This document shows positions 26,685-40,803 of a DNA stretch of 64,000 bases, piece after piece. The notes under the pieces were generated by a model. The model ran no database searches. It was not told the origin of the DNA and saw only the letters and a program-made list of their open reading frames with translations. The translations under genes were made by a program, and so were the position numbers. The DNA is from Eledone cirrhosa. Lineage: Eukaryota. The stretch lies in the NCBI GenBank assembly GCA_964016885.1, contig OZ024744.1, positions 90,148,001-90,212,000 of the forward strand, in the 5' to 3' direction. How positions within the stretch are numbered: the first letter of the stretch is position 1; each line of letters starts with the position of its first letter.

Positions 26685-27298
26685 CAATGTATATATATAT
26701 GTATGTACATACAATGTATATATATATATATATGTATGTATATACAATGTATATATATATGTATGTATATACAATGTATATATATATATATATATGTATG
26801 TATATACAATGTTTATATATGTATGTATATACAATGTATGTATATATATATATATATGTATGTATATACAATGTATATATATATGTATGTATATACAATG
26901 TATGTATGTATATATATATATATGTGTATATATGTATATACAATGTGTATATATATATTTGTATGTATGTATATATATACAATGTATATATATATATATG
27001 TATGTATATAGATGTATATATATATATACAATGTATATATATGTATATATATGTATATATATGTATGTATATAGATGTATATATATATACAATGTATATA
27101 TATGTATGTATATAGATGTATATATATACAATGTATATATATGTATGTATATATATGTATATATATGTATCTATATAGATGTATATATATGTATGTATAT
27201 AGATTTTATATATGTATGTATATACATGTATATGTATGTATATATATGTATATGTATGTATATATATGTATATGTATGTATATATATGTATATAGATG

Positions 27299-27335
<37 letters not shown>

Positions 27336-27349
27336 TTCAGCATACATAC

Positions 27350-27392
<43 letters not shown>

Positions 27393-27393
<1 letters not shown>

Positions 27394-28787
27394 GCTGAAA
27401 TGCTGAAGTCAGGAGGCGAAAGCATGGTCAAGTTTGGAGAAACGGAGCGGTTGTCTGTATCCCCAAGAAGGGCAACCTTGCCGATTGTGACAACTGGAGG
27501 GGAGTGACACTTCTCTCCATACCAGGGAAGGTCTATTGTCTGGTGATCTGGAACCGCATACGTGGCATGGTAGACCGGGAACTGCGAGAACAACAGGCAG
27601 GGTTCCGACCAAAACGTTCCTGTGCAGAGCAGATCTTTACGTTACGCCGCATCATTGAGAGGTACAACGAATTCCAGAGGCCCCTCGCCGTCAGCTTCAT
27701 CGATTTCTCCAAGGCATTTGATAGCATTCATCGACCGTCGCTCTGGAACATCATGCATGAGTATGGTCTGCCCCAGAAAGTCATTTCGGCAATCAAACAG
27801 ATTTACGCAAACTCCAAGTGCTGCATACGGACAGAGTATGGTTACAGTGACTGGTTTGAGGTGGTTACTGGTGTGCGTCAAGGTTGCTCGCTCTCTCTCC
27901 AATTCTCTTTGCTATAGCTATTGACTGGGTACTAAGAAGAGCGTCTAAAGACCAGGGTATATCTTGGGTGGGAGAGCAAAAGTTGTCTGACCTGGACTTT
28001 GCGGACGATATTGCTGCACTTGCAGAGAGCACAGCTGACCTGCAAATCATTATGAACAATATCAATGTCGAAGCAGGAAGCTTAGGTCTCAATATCAGTG
28101 CTAAGAAGACCAAAAGCATGTTATCTGGGACACACCTATCACCAACTAGGGTTTCGATTGAACAGGGGGAGGTGGAGATAGTGGACAACTTCACCTACCT
28201 AGGAAGCTCCATTGACAATGGGGGCGCCATGGACAGTGAATTGCAATGTAGAATGGGAAAGGCTTCAGCAGCATTTAACCAGCTTGTCAAGATCTGGAAG
28301 AGCAGGAAGTTCACCCTCAAAACAAAGATGAGATTCTACAACAGCAACGTGCTGTCCATACTCTTGTCCGGAAGTGAAACATGGCACCTTAAGACCAGCC
28401 AAGAGAAGAAGTTGGACGGATTCGATTCCAGGTGTCTGCGAAAGATCCTGGGGATTAAATGGAGTGACCATGTAACAAACGAGGAAGTCAGGAACCGCAC
28501 CAACCAGCAGCTGGTCTCTTCTGCCATCTGCAAGCGACGCCTGGGCTGGTCTGGGCACGCTTTGAGACTTCCCCCGGAGAGACTGGCGAACCAAGTACTT
28601 AAATGGAGCCCACAGGGAAGCAGACGGAGAGGGCGACCCAAAATGAACTGGCGCCAGACAGTTGAGAGGGACTTGCGAGCGACAAACAGACAATGGCGGG
28701 ACGCTGTGCAACTGGCTGCTGGCCGAACGCGGTGGAACACTATGATTGCCTCATGCGTCGCAAGACGCGGGAGCTTCTGAGTCTGAT
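27393..28787 (+). mobile_element. Distinct RTE/RTEX-like LINE, 5'-truncated, frameshifted near 27895
   Basis: EQQAGFRP, FIDFSKAFDS, GVRQGC, LDFADD, FTYLGS and RRRGRPK motifs. Short 3' end TCTGAGTCTGA. Confidence 0.92.
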
Positions 28788-28791
28788 ATAG

Positions 28792-28882
<91 letters not shown>

Positions 28883-28902
28883 GTATATATATATATGTAT
28901 AT

Positions 28903-28952
<50 letters not shown>

Positions 28953-29269
28953 GTATATGTATATATATATATGTATATATATGTATATGTATATATATAT
29001 ATGTATATATATATATGTATATATATATATGTATGTATATATATATATGTATATATATATGTATGTATATATATATATGTATGTATATATATATATGTAT
29101 GTATATATATATATGTATATATATATATGTATATATATATATATGTATATATATATATGTATATATATATATATGTATATATATATATGTATATATATAT
29201 ATATGTATATATATATATGTATATATATATATGTATATATGTATATATATGTATGTATATATATATATG

Positions 29270-29318
<49 letters not shown>

Positions 29319-29417
29319 GTATATATATATGTATATATATATATGTATATATATATATGTATATATATGTATATATATGTATATATATATATGTATATAT
29401 ATGTATATATATATATG

Positions 29418-29469
<52 letters not shown>

Positions 29470-29555
29470 TATGTATATATATATATGTATATATATATAT
29501 GTATATATATATATGTATATATATATGTATATGTGTATATATATATATGTATATG

Positions 29556-29602
<47 letters not shown>

Positions 29603-29937
29603 GTATATATATATATGTATATATATATATATGTATATATATATATGTGTATATATATATATGTATATATATATATGTGTATATATATATATGTATATAT
29701 ATATATGTATATATATATATGTGTATATATATGTATATATATATATGTATGTATGTATATATATGTATATATATATATATGTATGTATGTATATATATGT
29801 ATATATATATATGTATGTATGTATATATATGTATATATATATATGTATGTATGTATATATATGTATATATATATATGTATGTATGTATATATATATATGT
29901 ATATATATATATGTATATATATATATGTGTATATATA

Positions 29938-31017
29938 TCATCATCATCAACGTTTAACGTCCGTGTTTCACGCTTGCATGGGTTTGGACGGGGGTAGTCC
30001 CACTTGAGGCAAGAGTGATTGTCTTGCTCGCATAGGACTGTCTGGCAGGTTTTCTACAGTTGGATGCCCTTCCTAACACCAACCACATTTACAGTGTGGG
30101 TCTGGGAGGTTTTTACCGTGTTGCCTACACGGCCACATTACAGCGTGGACTGTGTGTTTTTTTGTCGTGACACCTACACGATCTCATTTGTTTCGGCCTG
30201 GATGGCGCGGCACCAACATAACTTTACATAGAACGGGGTGGTGTGGATGGGATGGGGGTGGTGGCGGGACGGGGTGTATTTTGTTAGAGATGCCTACTGG
30301 CAAGGCGGGTCTTCTCTGTTACTGAGTACCGCCAAAGGTCTCGGTCCAGTGACATTGTCTTGGAGAGGTGTAAGTGTGTGAGGTCGGAGTTTATCAGCTC
30401 ATCCCATGTTTTTCTAGGTCTGCCTATTCCGTGGCTACCGTCTATCTTTATTGCCCTGCACTTTGTTATACAGCTATCGACTTTCATGCGCATCACGTGT
30501 CCATACCAACGTAGCCTTCTCTCGAGTAAACAACATCTGATCCCTCTTATCTCTAATTTTTTCCTTAGTTCGTTTATGCTTTGCCGTTCACGTACATTAC
30601 TGTTACACATCCAGCGGAGCATGCAAGTTTCGTTCCTCTCTAGTCTGCGTATATCCTCTGCACACAATGCCCAGGTCTCACTACCATGCAACATTGCTGT
30701 TCGTATGCAGGCATCGTACAACCTGCCTTTCATTTTTAGGGAGAACCCTTTAGCGGCTAATAGTGGTATAAGCTCTCTGAACTTTTTCCAACCAGTTCTG
30801 ACTCTAGCTACTGTACTTTCAGAGCACCCTCCCCCACTGCTGATTTTATCGCCCAGGTAACGGAAGCTGTCCACTATTTCTATAGAACCCTCTGCGCAAT
30901 TGAAAGAGCTAGTATTTTGTGGGCACTTGCTGCTACTTATTGCACCAGAACACCGGCCACATGTAAAGTCTATGTTCTTAGTTAGCTTACCTGTGATCCC
31001 ACTACATCTTTTATGCA
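29938..31017 (-). mobile_element. RTE LINE family A, 5'-truncated
   Basis: ORF 30284-31018 and a (GAT)n tail. Confidence 0.92.
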
Positions 31018-31152
31018 ATGTATATATATATATGTATATATATATATGTATATATATATATGTATATATATATATGTATATATATATATGTATATATATA
31101 TATGTATATATATATATGTATATATATATATGTGTATGTATATATATATGTG

Positions 31153-31189
<37 letters not shown>

Positions 31190-31300
31190 GTATATATATA
31201 TATGTGTATATATATATATGTGTATATATATATGTATATATATGTATATATATGTATGTATATATATATATGTATATATATGTATGTATATATATGTATT

Positions 31301-31355
<55 letters not shown>

Positions 31356-31370
31356 GTATATATATATATG

Positions 31371-31415
<45 letters not shown>

Positions 31416-31430
31416 GTATATATATATATG

Positions 31431-31468
<38 letters not shown>

Positions 31469-31735
31469 TATATATGTATATATATGTATATATGTATATA
31501 TATGTATATATGTATATATATATGTATATATATATATATATGTATATATATGTATATATGTATATATATATGTATATATATATATATATGTATGTATATA
31601 TATATGTATGTATATATATATATGTATGTATATATATATGTATGTATATATATATGTATGTATATATATATGTATGTATATATATATGTATGTATATATA
31701 TATGTATGTATATATATATGTATGTATATATATAT

Positions 31736-32376
31736 GTCAGGTCACCAGTTGGTGCTACTGGTCACCAGTTGGTGCTACTGGTCACCAGTTGGTGCTACTG
31801 GTAACATGTATCCCAGTACAACCTGTCTCATGGTCGGGTCGTTGGCGACTAAACTGGCAACCCCACCAAGGTTTCTTGGTGAGGAGGGTGACTTTGGACA
31901 TCCTGCAGGACTAAAAACAAAACCTGTCAAAGGGCAAAGGAGCTCTTAAGAGTCAATGGCCATCCAAAATCACCGGGAGAGATGACCCCTTAGCCTTTGT
32001 CAAGGCAGAATTCTAGGAGAAGGAAAACTCTGATATAACACCTGCAACCCTGATGGTATCCAATGATGTTGACTTGTTCTTCTTTTTGGTAAATATCATC
32101 TTGGTTAAGAGAGTGGGACTGGCTTTGTGCAGTGCCTTTGCTCACTATAAAAGCTTCACGGCACAGGCATTGCTTTGTATCTGGAGATCTCTCTGCACTT
32201 GTCCTCACATGGTACCATGCACTATGTGTCAATAATTGTCACAAGTGTAGTGTTTGTACCAGAGTTTTCAAGTCGCTGGCTGGACTAAAAAGTCACACTC
32301 GTTCAGTGCTTCGGTAGGGGTTCTCCTACATGGATATAAAGTAGTGGCCGTACTCGAAAACGAGTTGGCAGCCACC
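31736..32376 (+). mobile_element. Non-autonomous RTE derivative, full-length copy 3, with a triplicated 20-bp 5' unit
   Basis: GGTCACCAGTTGGTGCTACT x3, then the same body as 32755-33361. Confidence 0.88.
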
Positions 32377-32754
32377 ATATATATATATATGTATATATAT
32401 ATGTATGTATGTGTATATATATGTATATATATGTATATATATGTGTATGTGTGTGTATATATGTATGTATATATGTATGTATGTATGTGTATGTATGTAT
32501 ATGTATATGTATGTATATGTATATGTATGTATGTGTATGTATGTATATGTATATATGTATGTATGTGTATATGTATGTATGTGTATATGTGTATGTATAT
32601 GTGTGTATATATGTATATATGTGTGTATGTATATGTATATGTATGTATATGTATATGTATGTATGTATATGTGTATATGTGTATGTATATGTATATATAT
32701 GTATGTATGTGTGTATGTGTGTATGTATATATGTGTGTATGTATATATATATGT

Positions 32755-33361
32755 GTCAGGTCACCAGTTGGTGCTACTGGTAACATGTATCCCAGTACAA
32801 CCTGTCTCATGGTCGGGTCGTTGGCGATGAAACTGGCAACCCCACCAAGGTTTCTTGGTGAGGAGGGTGACTTTGGACATCCTGCAGGACTAAAAACAAA
32901 ACCTGTCAAAGGGTAAAGGAGCTCTTAAGAGTCAATGCCATCCAAAATCACCGGGAGAGATGACCCCTTAGCCTTTGTCAAGGCAGAATTCTAGGAGAAG
33001 GAAAACTCTGATATAACACCTGCAACCCTGATGGTATCCAATGATGTTGAATTGTTCTTCTTTTTGGTAAATATCATCTTGGTTAAGAGAGTGGGACTGG
33101 CTTTGTGCAGTGCCTTTGCTCACTATAAAAGCTTCACAGCACAGGCATTGCTTTATATCTGGAGATCTCTCTGCACTTGTCGTCACATGGTACCATGGGC
33201 CCAGCACTATGTGTCAATAATTGTCACAAGTGTAGTGTTTGTACCAGAGTTTTCAAGTCGCTGGCTGGACTAAAAAGTCACATTCGTTCAGCGCATTGGT
33301 AGAGGTTCTCCTACATGGATATAAAGTAGTGGCCGTACTCGAAAACGAGTTGGCAGCCACC
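32755..33361 (+). mobile_element. Non-autonomous RTE derivative, full-length copy 4 (~606 bp)
   Basis: No RT. The 3' end encodes a C2H2 remnant ([17 protein letters not shown]) and the hairpin TGGCCGTACTCGAAAACGAGTTGGCAGCCA, similar to the LINE end at 38576-38605. Confidence 0.88.
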
Positions 33362-33562
33362 ATATATATATGTATGTATATATATATGTATGTATATATA
33401 TATGTATGTATATATATATGTATGTATATATATATGTATGTATATATATATGTATGTATATATATATGTATATATATATATGTATATGTATATATATATG
33501 TATATATGTATGTATATATATGTATGTATGTATATATATATATGTATGTAGATATATGTATG

Positions 33563-33595
<33 letters not shown>

Positions 33596-33830
33596 GTATC
33601 TTTATATATGTATGTATATCTTTATATATGTATGTATATATATATATATGTATGTATATATATATATATGTATGTATATATATATATATGTATGTATATA
33701 TGTATCTATATATATGTATGTATATATGTATCTATATATATGTATGTATATATGTATCTATATATATGTATGTATATATATATGTATGTATATATGTATC
33801 TATATATATGTATGTATATATGTATGTATG

Positions 33831-33863
<33 letters not shown>

Positions 33864-34259
33864 ATATATATATGTATGTATGTATATATATATATGTATG
33901 TATGTATATATATATATGTATGTATGTATATATATATATGTATGTATGTATATATATATATGTATGTATGTATATATATATATGTATGTATGTATATATA
34001 TGTATGTATGTATATATATATATGTATGTATGTATATATATGTATGTATGTATATATATATATGTATGTATGTATATATATATATATATGTATGTATGTA
34101 TGTATAAATATGTATATATGTATCTATATATATGTATGTATATATATATATGTATCTATATATATGTATGTATGTATAAATATGTATATATGTATCTATA
34201 TATATGTATGTATAAATATGTATGTATGTATAAATATGTATGTATGTATATATATATGC

Positions 34260-34293
<34 letters not shown>

Positions 34294-34320
34294 GCATATA
34301 TATGTATGTGTATATATGTA

Positions 34321-36541
34321 TCATCATCATCATCATCATCATCAACGTTTAACGTCCGTGTTCCACGCTTGCATGGGTTTGGACGGGGGTAGTCCCACTT
34401 GAGGCAAGAGTGATTTGTCTTGCTCGCATAGGACTGTCTGGCAGGTTTTCTACAGTTGGATGCCCTTCCTAACACCAACCACATTTACAGTGTGGGTCTG
34501 GGAGGTTTTTACCGTGTTGCCTACACGGCCACATTACAGCGTGGACTGTGTGTTTTTTTGTCGTGACACCTACACGATCTCATTTGTTTCGGCCTGGATG
34601 GCGCGGCACCAACATAACTTTACATAGAACGGGGTGGTGTGGATGGGGTGGGGGTGGCGGCGGGAGGGGTGTATTTTGTTAGAGATGCCTACTGGCAAGG
34701 CGGGTCTTCTCTGTTACTGAGTACCGCCAAAGGTCACGGTCCAGTGACATTGTCTTGGAGAGGTGTAAGTGTGTGAGGTCGGAGTTTATCAGCTCGTCCC
34801 ATGTTTTTCTAGGTCTGCCTATTCCGTGGCTACCGTCTATCTTTATTGCCCTGCACTTTGTAATACAGCTATCGACTTTCATGCGCATCACGTGTCCATA
34901 CCAACGCAGCCTTCTCTCGAGTAAACAACATCTGATCCCTCTTATCTCTAATATTTTCCTTAGTTCGTTTATGCTTTGCCGTTCACGTATATTACTGTTA
35001 CACATCCAGCGGAGCATGCAAGCTTCGTTCCTCTCTAGTCTGCGTATATCCTCTGCACACAATGCCCAGGTCTCACTACCATGCAACATTGCTGTTCGTA
35101 TGCAGGCATCGTACAACCTGCCTTTCATTTTTAGGGAGAACCCTTTAGCAGCTAATAGTGGTATAAGCTCTCTGAACTTTTTCCAACCAGTTCTGACTCT
35201 AGCTACAGTACTTTCAGAGCACCCTCCCCCACTGCTGATTTTATCGCCCAGGTAACGGAAGCTGTCCACTATTTCTATAAAACCCTCTGCGCAATTGAAA
35301 GAGCTAGTATTTTGTGGGCACTTGCTGCTACTTATTGCACCAGAACACCGGCCACATGTAAAGTCTATGTTCTTAGTTAGCTTACCTGTGATCCCACTAC
35401 ATCTTTTATGCACCCATACTTTGCATTTAGGACATAAGATGGAGTTTCTACCTACGCCTTTCCTACATACCGAGCACGACCATTTCCCAGAAGGGACCGC
35501 CGCCTTGTTTTCTTTCCTACAAACTAGAACTTTGGTCTTAGCCAGGTTAATTTTAAGTCCTTTTGACTCTAGGCCGTGCTTCCATGTTTGGAATTTCTTC
35601 TCTAGCTCGGCCATTGATTCCGCTATGAGTGTCAGGTCGTCTGCGTATAGGAGTTCCCATGGGCAGCCTGTCTTGAACTCCTCTGTTATAGCCTGAAGGG
35701 CAATAATAAATAGTAGGGGGCTGAGAACAGAGCCCTGATGGACGCCAACTTTTACGCTAAACTCTTCACTATATTCGTTGTTAATTCTAACCTTGCTGAC
35801 TGTTTCTTTATACATGGCTTGTATAGCCCTCACAAGCCATTCGTCAACGCCTAGTTTTCTAAGAGCCCACCAGATAATGGAGCGGGGGACTCTGTCGAAG
35901 GCTTTCTCCAGGTCGACAAAAGCTAAGTAGAGGGGTTTACCTTTAGCTAGGTACTTCTCCTGTAGTTGTCGTACTATGAAAAGAGCGTCTGTGGTGCTTT
36001 TGCCTGACACAAACCCGAACTGCATTTCATCTAGATCAATTCTCTCTCTGATTAGTTGCGCTATTACTTTTTCCGTGACCTTCATGACCTGGTCGATTTA
36101 TTTAATGCCTCTATAGTTACTCCTATCTAGGGCGTCTCCTTTACCCTTATAACAGTTAACGATGATGCTGCTATGCCAGTCCTTCGGAACAACCCCATTC
36201 TGTACGACTTGGTTAACTATGCGGGTGACCATGGTGTGTCCCACCGTGCCAGATGCCTTCAGCATCTCAGCAACTATTTCCGAAGGCCCAGCCGCCTTAC
36301 CCGTCTTCATATCCTTGATTGCCTTACTTATTATACTCCCCTCGACTAACACTGCTGGTCCCTCTATCGGGTCGATATGGGGGAGACTGTCTTTCTCCCA
36401 TTTATTCTCCTCATTTAGTAGCCTTTCATAGTGACACTTCCAAGCTACCTTCTTATCAGTGTCGGTGATGGCAAGTATGCCATCATCGTTAAGTACACAC
36501 TTCTCCCCGACAATATCACGGTTTTCCTTGACGCATTGCCT
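34321..36541 (-). mobile_element. RTE LINE family A, longest copy (whole RT region, frameshift near 36095)
   Basis: [32 protein letters not shown] and FRYLG motifs. Confidence 0.95.
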
Positions 36542-36670
36542 GTATGTATATATATATATGTATGTTTATATTCATATATGTATGTATATATATGTATGTG
36601 TATATATATGTATGTATGTATATATATATATATATGTATGTATGTATATATGTATGTATGTATATATATA

Positions 36671-38605
36671 CTACTGATATGATCTTCTCAGCTAGACAGC
36701 TCCAGTAGAAGTGCATGGAACAAGGCTTGGATCTGTATCAGGTTTTTGTCGATCTGACAAAAGCTTTCGATACTGTTAACAGAGATGCATTATGGAAGGT
36801 TCTCCAGAAACTTGGTTGCCCTGATAAGTTCCTTGCTTTAGTTAGGTCTTTCCATGACGACATGAAGGCTTGGGTTAATGTCGGAGGTAACATGTCGGAG
36901 CCTATCTCAGTAAAAAATGGAGTGAAACAGGGGGATATTCCAGCACCGACCCTGTTTGCCATATACTTTGCAATGGTTTTCTGTATTGCATTCAGGAATT
37001 GCGAGCATGGTGTTTACATCCGATATCGAACCTCAGGCAGCATATTTAACATCAGGCGCTTTGCTGCGAAGACAAAAGTATTTACATCAATCATAAGAGA
37101 CCTCTTGTATGCAGATGATTGCGATCTTGTAGCGCACACAGAGAGTGATATGCAGCACATTTTGAATGCATTTTCTGACGCTTGCACTGCCCTAGGTCTG
37201 ACTGTCAGTCTCAAGAAAACCGTCATCATGTACCAAGCTGCCCCTGGTAAGCAGTACACTGAACCAAACATCTATGTGTATCGCAAACGACTTGGAGTGG
37301 TTGATCAGTTTGTCTACCTGGGAAGCACTGTCAATCGATACAGCAACCTTGATAGTGAAATCTCACTTAGGATTAAGAAAGCAAGTGATGCTTTCGGAAA
37401 ACTAGAAAGGCGACTCTGGGGTCGGCGAGACATATGCAGGAGGACAAAGGTAAAGGTGTACAGGGCATGTGTGCTCTCTTGTCTTCTTTATGCCTGCGAG
37501 ACCTGGGTCACATATCGACACCACCTTAAGCAATTGGAGCGTTTCCATCAGATGTGTCTCAGACGGATCCATGGCGTTCACTGGAGGGACCACATCAATG
37601 ATGTCGAGATTTTGGAAAGCTCTATGTGTGACAGTATAGAAGCTCTTGTGCTTAAGCAACGACTCCGTTGGAGTGGTCACCTTGCCAGGATGAAGGATTC
37701 TAGAATACCAAAACAACTCTTTTATGGAGAGCTGGTTAAAGGAAAACGACCGCCACATAAACCAAAAAAGAGGTATAAGGATTCCTTGAAAGCCTCTCTG
37801 AAAGACGCTAACATCTCTGCTGATACATGGGAGAATATTGCTGCTAATCGTAATAAATGGAGAAAGACTGTATATGAGGGAAAAGTTGCCTTTGAGGCAT
37901 CTCGAATCGCATACGAGAAAGTAAAGCGGGATGTGAGGAAGGGCATTGCTGTTGCATTTCCAGACAGCGAGGGTCCTCCTATGGTGCTGACATGCAACAT
38001 ATGTGCGAGACACTGCCTAAGCAAAGCTAGACTCGAAAGTCATCTTCGCAGTCATAAAGTAAGACCAGTGGTTGACTACCAGGCTGCTGTTGGAGATGCT
38101 ACTCATCATGCTTGCCAAACATGTGGTAGAGAATGTAAATCAGCAGGGGGGCTCAAGCGACATGCAAAAGTACACAAACTCCAACCACAGCCGACTATTC
38201 CAAGTAAATGTTTTGGTTGCCGACTCTGTGCAAGACATTTTAGATCATTGGCTAGGCTAAAAAGCCACATTCGATCGCAGCGCTGTTAGTTGCTATCGTG
38301 TGTGTGTGTGTGTGTAGATATGCTTATGTGTGTGTATATATATATGTATATGATTATTGTTGTTGTCGTTATTATTATTGTTGTTATTATTATTATTGTT
38401 ATTAATGTATGTGTGTGTGTATATGTGTGTGTGAGTATGTGTGTGTGTGTGTATATGTATGTATATGTATATATATATATATTTTTTTTTTTATTTTTTA
38501 TTTTTATTTTTTTTTTATTTATTTATTATTATTAATATTATTATTATTTTTTTTTTTTTCTTTCTCCTCGTGCAATGGCCATACTCGATAACGAGGGGGC
38601 AGCCA
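36671..38605 (+). mobile_element. RTE-BovB-like LINE, 5'-truncated, ORF ending in three C2H2 zinc fingers
   Basis: ORF 36715-38289 has FVDLTKAFD, GVKQG, LLYADD, LRWSGH and PKQLFYGEL, then CNIC..H..H, CQTC..H..H and CRLC..H. Terminal hairpin at 38576-38605. Confidence 0.93.
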
Positions 38606-38667
38606 TTATATATATGTATGTATGTTAATATATATATGTATGTATATATGTATGTATATATGTATGT

Positions 38668-39272
38668 GTCAGGTCACCAGTTGGTGCTACTGGTAACATG
38701 TATCCCAGTACAACCTGTCTCATGGTCGGGTCGTTGGCGACTAAACTGGCAACCCCACCAAGGTTTCTTGGTGAGGAGGGTGACTTTGGACATCCTGCAG
38801 GACTAAAAACAAAACCTGTCAAAGGGCAAAGGAGCTCTTAAGAGTCAATGGCCATCCAAAATCACAGGGAGAGATGACCCCTTAGCCTTTGTCAAGGCAG
38901 AATTCTAGGAGAAGGAAAACTCTGATATAACACCTGCAACCCTGATGGTATCCAATGATGTTGAATTGTTCTTCTTTTTGGTAAATATCATCTTGGTTAA
39001 GAGAGTGGGACTGGCTTTGTGCAGTGCCTTTGCTCACTATAAAAGCTTCACAGCACAGGCATTGCTTTATATCTGGAGATCTCTCTGCACTTGTCGTCGC
39101 ATGGTGCCATGGGCCCAGCACTATGTGTCAATGATTGTCACGGGTGTAGTGTTTGTACCAGAGTTTTCGAGTCGCTGGCTGGACTGGGAGGTCACACTCG
39201 TTCAGCGCATTGGTAGTTCTCCTACATGGATGTAAAGTAGTGGCCATACTCGAAAACGAGTTGGCAGCCACC
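38668..39272 (+). mobile_element. Non-autonomous RTE derivative, full-length copy 5
   Basis: Near-identical to 32755-33361. Confidence 0.88.
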
Positions 39273-39786
39273 ATATATGTATGTATGTATGTATATATGT
39301 ATATATGTATGTATATATGTATATATATATGTATGTATATATGTATGTATGTATATATATATGTATGTATATATGTATGTATGTATATATGTATGTATGT
39401 ATATATGTATGTATGTATATATGTATGTATATATATATATATGTATGTATATATATATATATGTATGTATATATATATATATGTATGTATATATGTATGT
39501 ATGTATGTATATATATATATATATATATATGTAATATATATATATATACATATGTATGTATATATATATGTATGTGTATTTATGTATATATATATATGTA
39601 TGTGTATGTATATATATATATGTATGTGTATGTATATATATATATGTATGTGTATGTATATATATATATGTATGTGTATGTATATATATATATGTATGTG
39701 TATGTATGTATATATATATATGTATGTGTATGTATGTATGTATGTATATATATATATATGTGTATGTATATATATATATATATGTG

Positions 39787-39827
<41 letters not shown>

Positions 39828-39828
39828 C

Positions 39829-40028
39829 NNNNNNNNNNNNNNNNNNNNNNNNNNNNNNNNNNNNNNNNNNNNNNNNNNNNNNNNNNNNNNNNNNNNNNNN
39901 NNNNNNNNNNNNNNNNNNNNNNNNNNNNNNNNNNNNNNNNNNNNNNNNNNNNNNNNNNNNNNNNNNNNNNNNNNNNNNNNNNNNNNNNNNNNNNNNNNNN
40001 NNNNNNNNNNNNNNNNNNNNNNNNNNNN
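39829..40028. other. Assembly gap (200 N) inside a TA/TATG array
   Basis: Run of n characters. Confidence 1.
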
Positions 40029-40175
<147 letters not shown>

Positions 40176-40195
40176 GTATGATATATATATATATG

Positions 40196-40226
<31 letters not shown>

Positions 40227-40248
40227 GTATGTATATATATGTATATGT

Positions 40249-40298
<50 letters not shown>

Positions 40299-40435
40299 AT
40301 ATATATATGTATATATATGTATATATGTATATATATATATATGTATATATGTATATATATATATATGTATATATGTATATATATATATATGTATATATAT
40401 ATATGTATATGTATATATGTATATATATGTATATG

Positions 40436-40498
<63 letters not shown>

Positions 40499-40513
40499 GT
40501 GTATATATATATG

Positions 40514-40578
<65 letters not shown>

Positions 40579-40803
40579 GTGTATATATATATGTATTTGT
40601 ATATATATATGTATGTGTATGTGTATATGTATGTGTATATGTATGTGTATATATATGTGTATATATGTATGTATGTATATGTATGTATGTATGTATATAT
40701 ATATGTATGTGTATATATATATGTATGTGTATATATGTATGTATGTGTGTATGTATGTATGTATGTATGTATATATATATATGTATGTATGTATATATAT
40801 ATA

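Noticed and set aside
33031-33273. Recurrent 80-aa ORF ([13 protein letters not shown]...) and its antisense 79-aa ORF
   Set aside because: They recur because the element copies are young. The frame is broken in the 31736 copy, and there is no evidence of coding constraint.
39829-40028. Run of 200 N
   Set aside because: This is an assembly gap, so contiguity across it is unverified.
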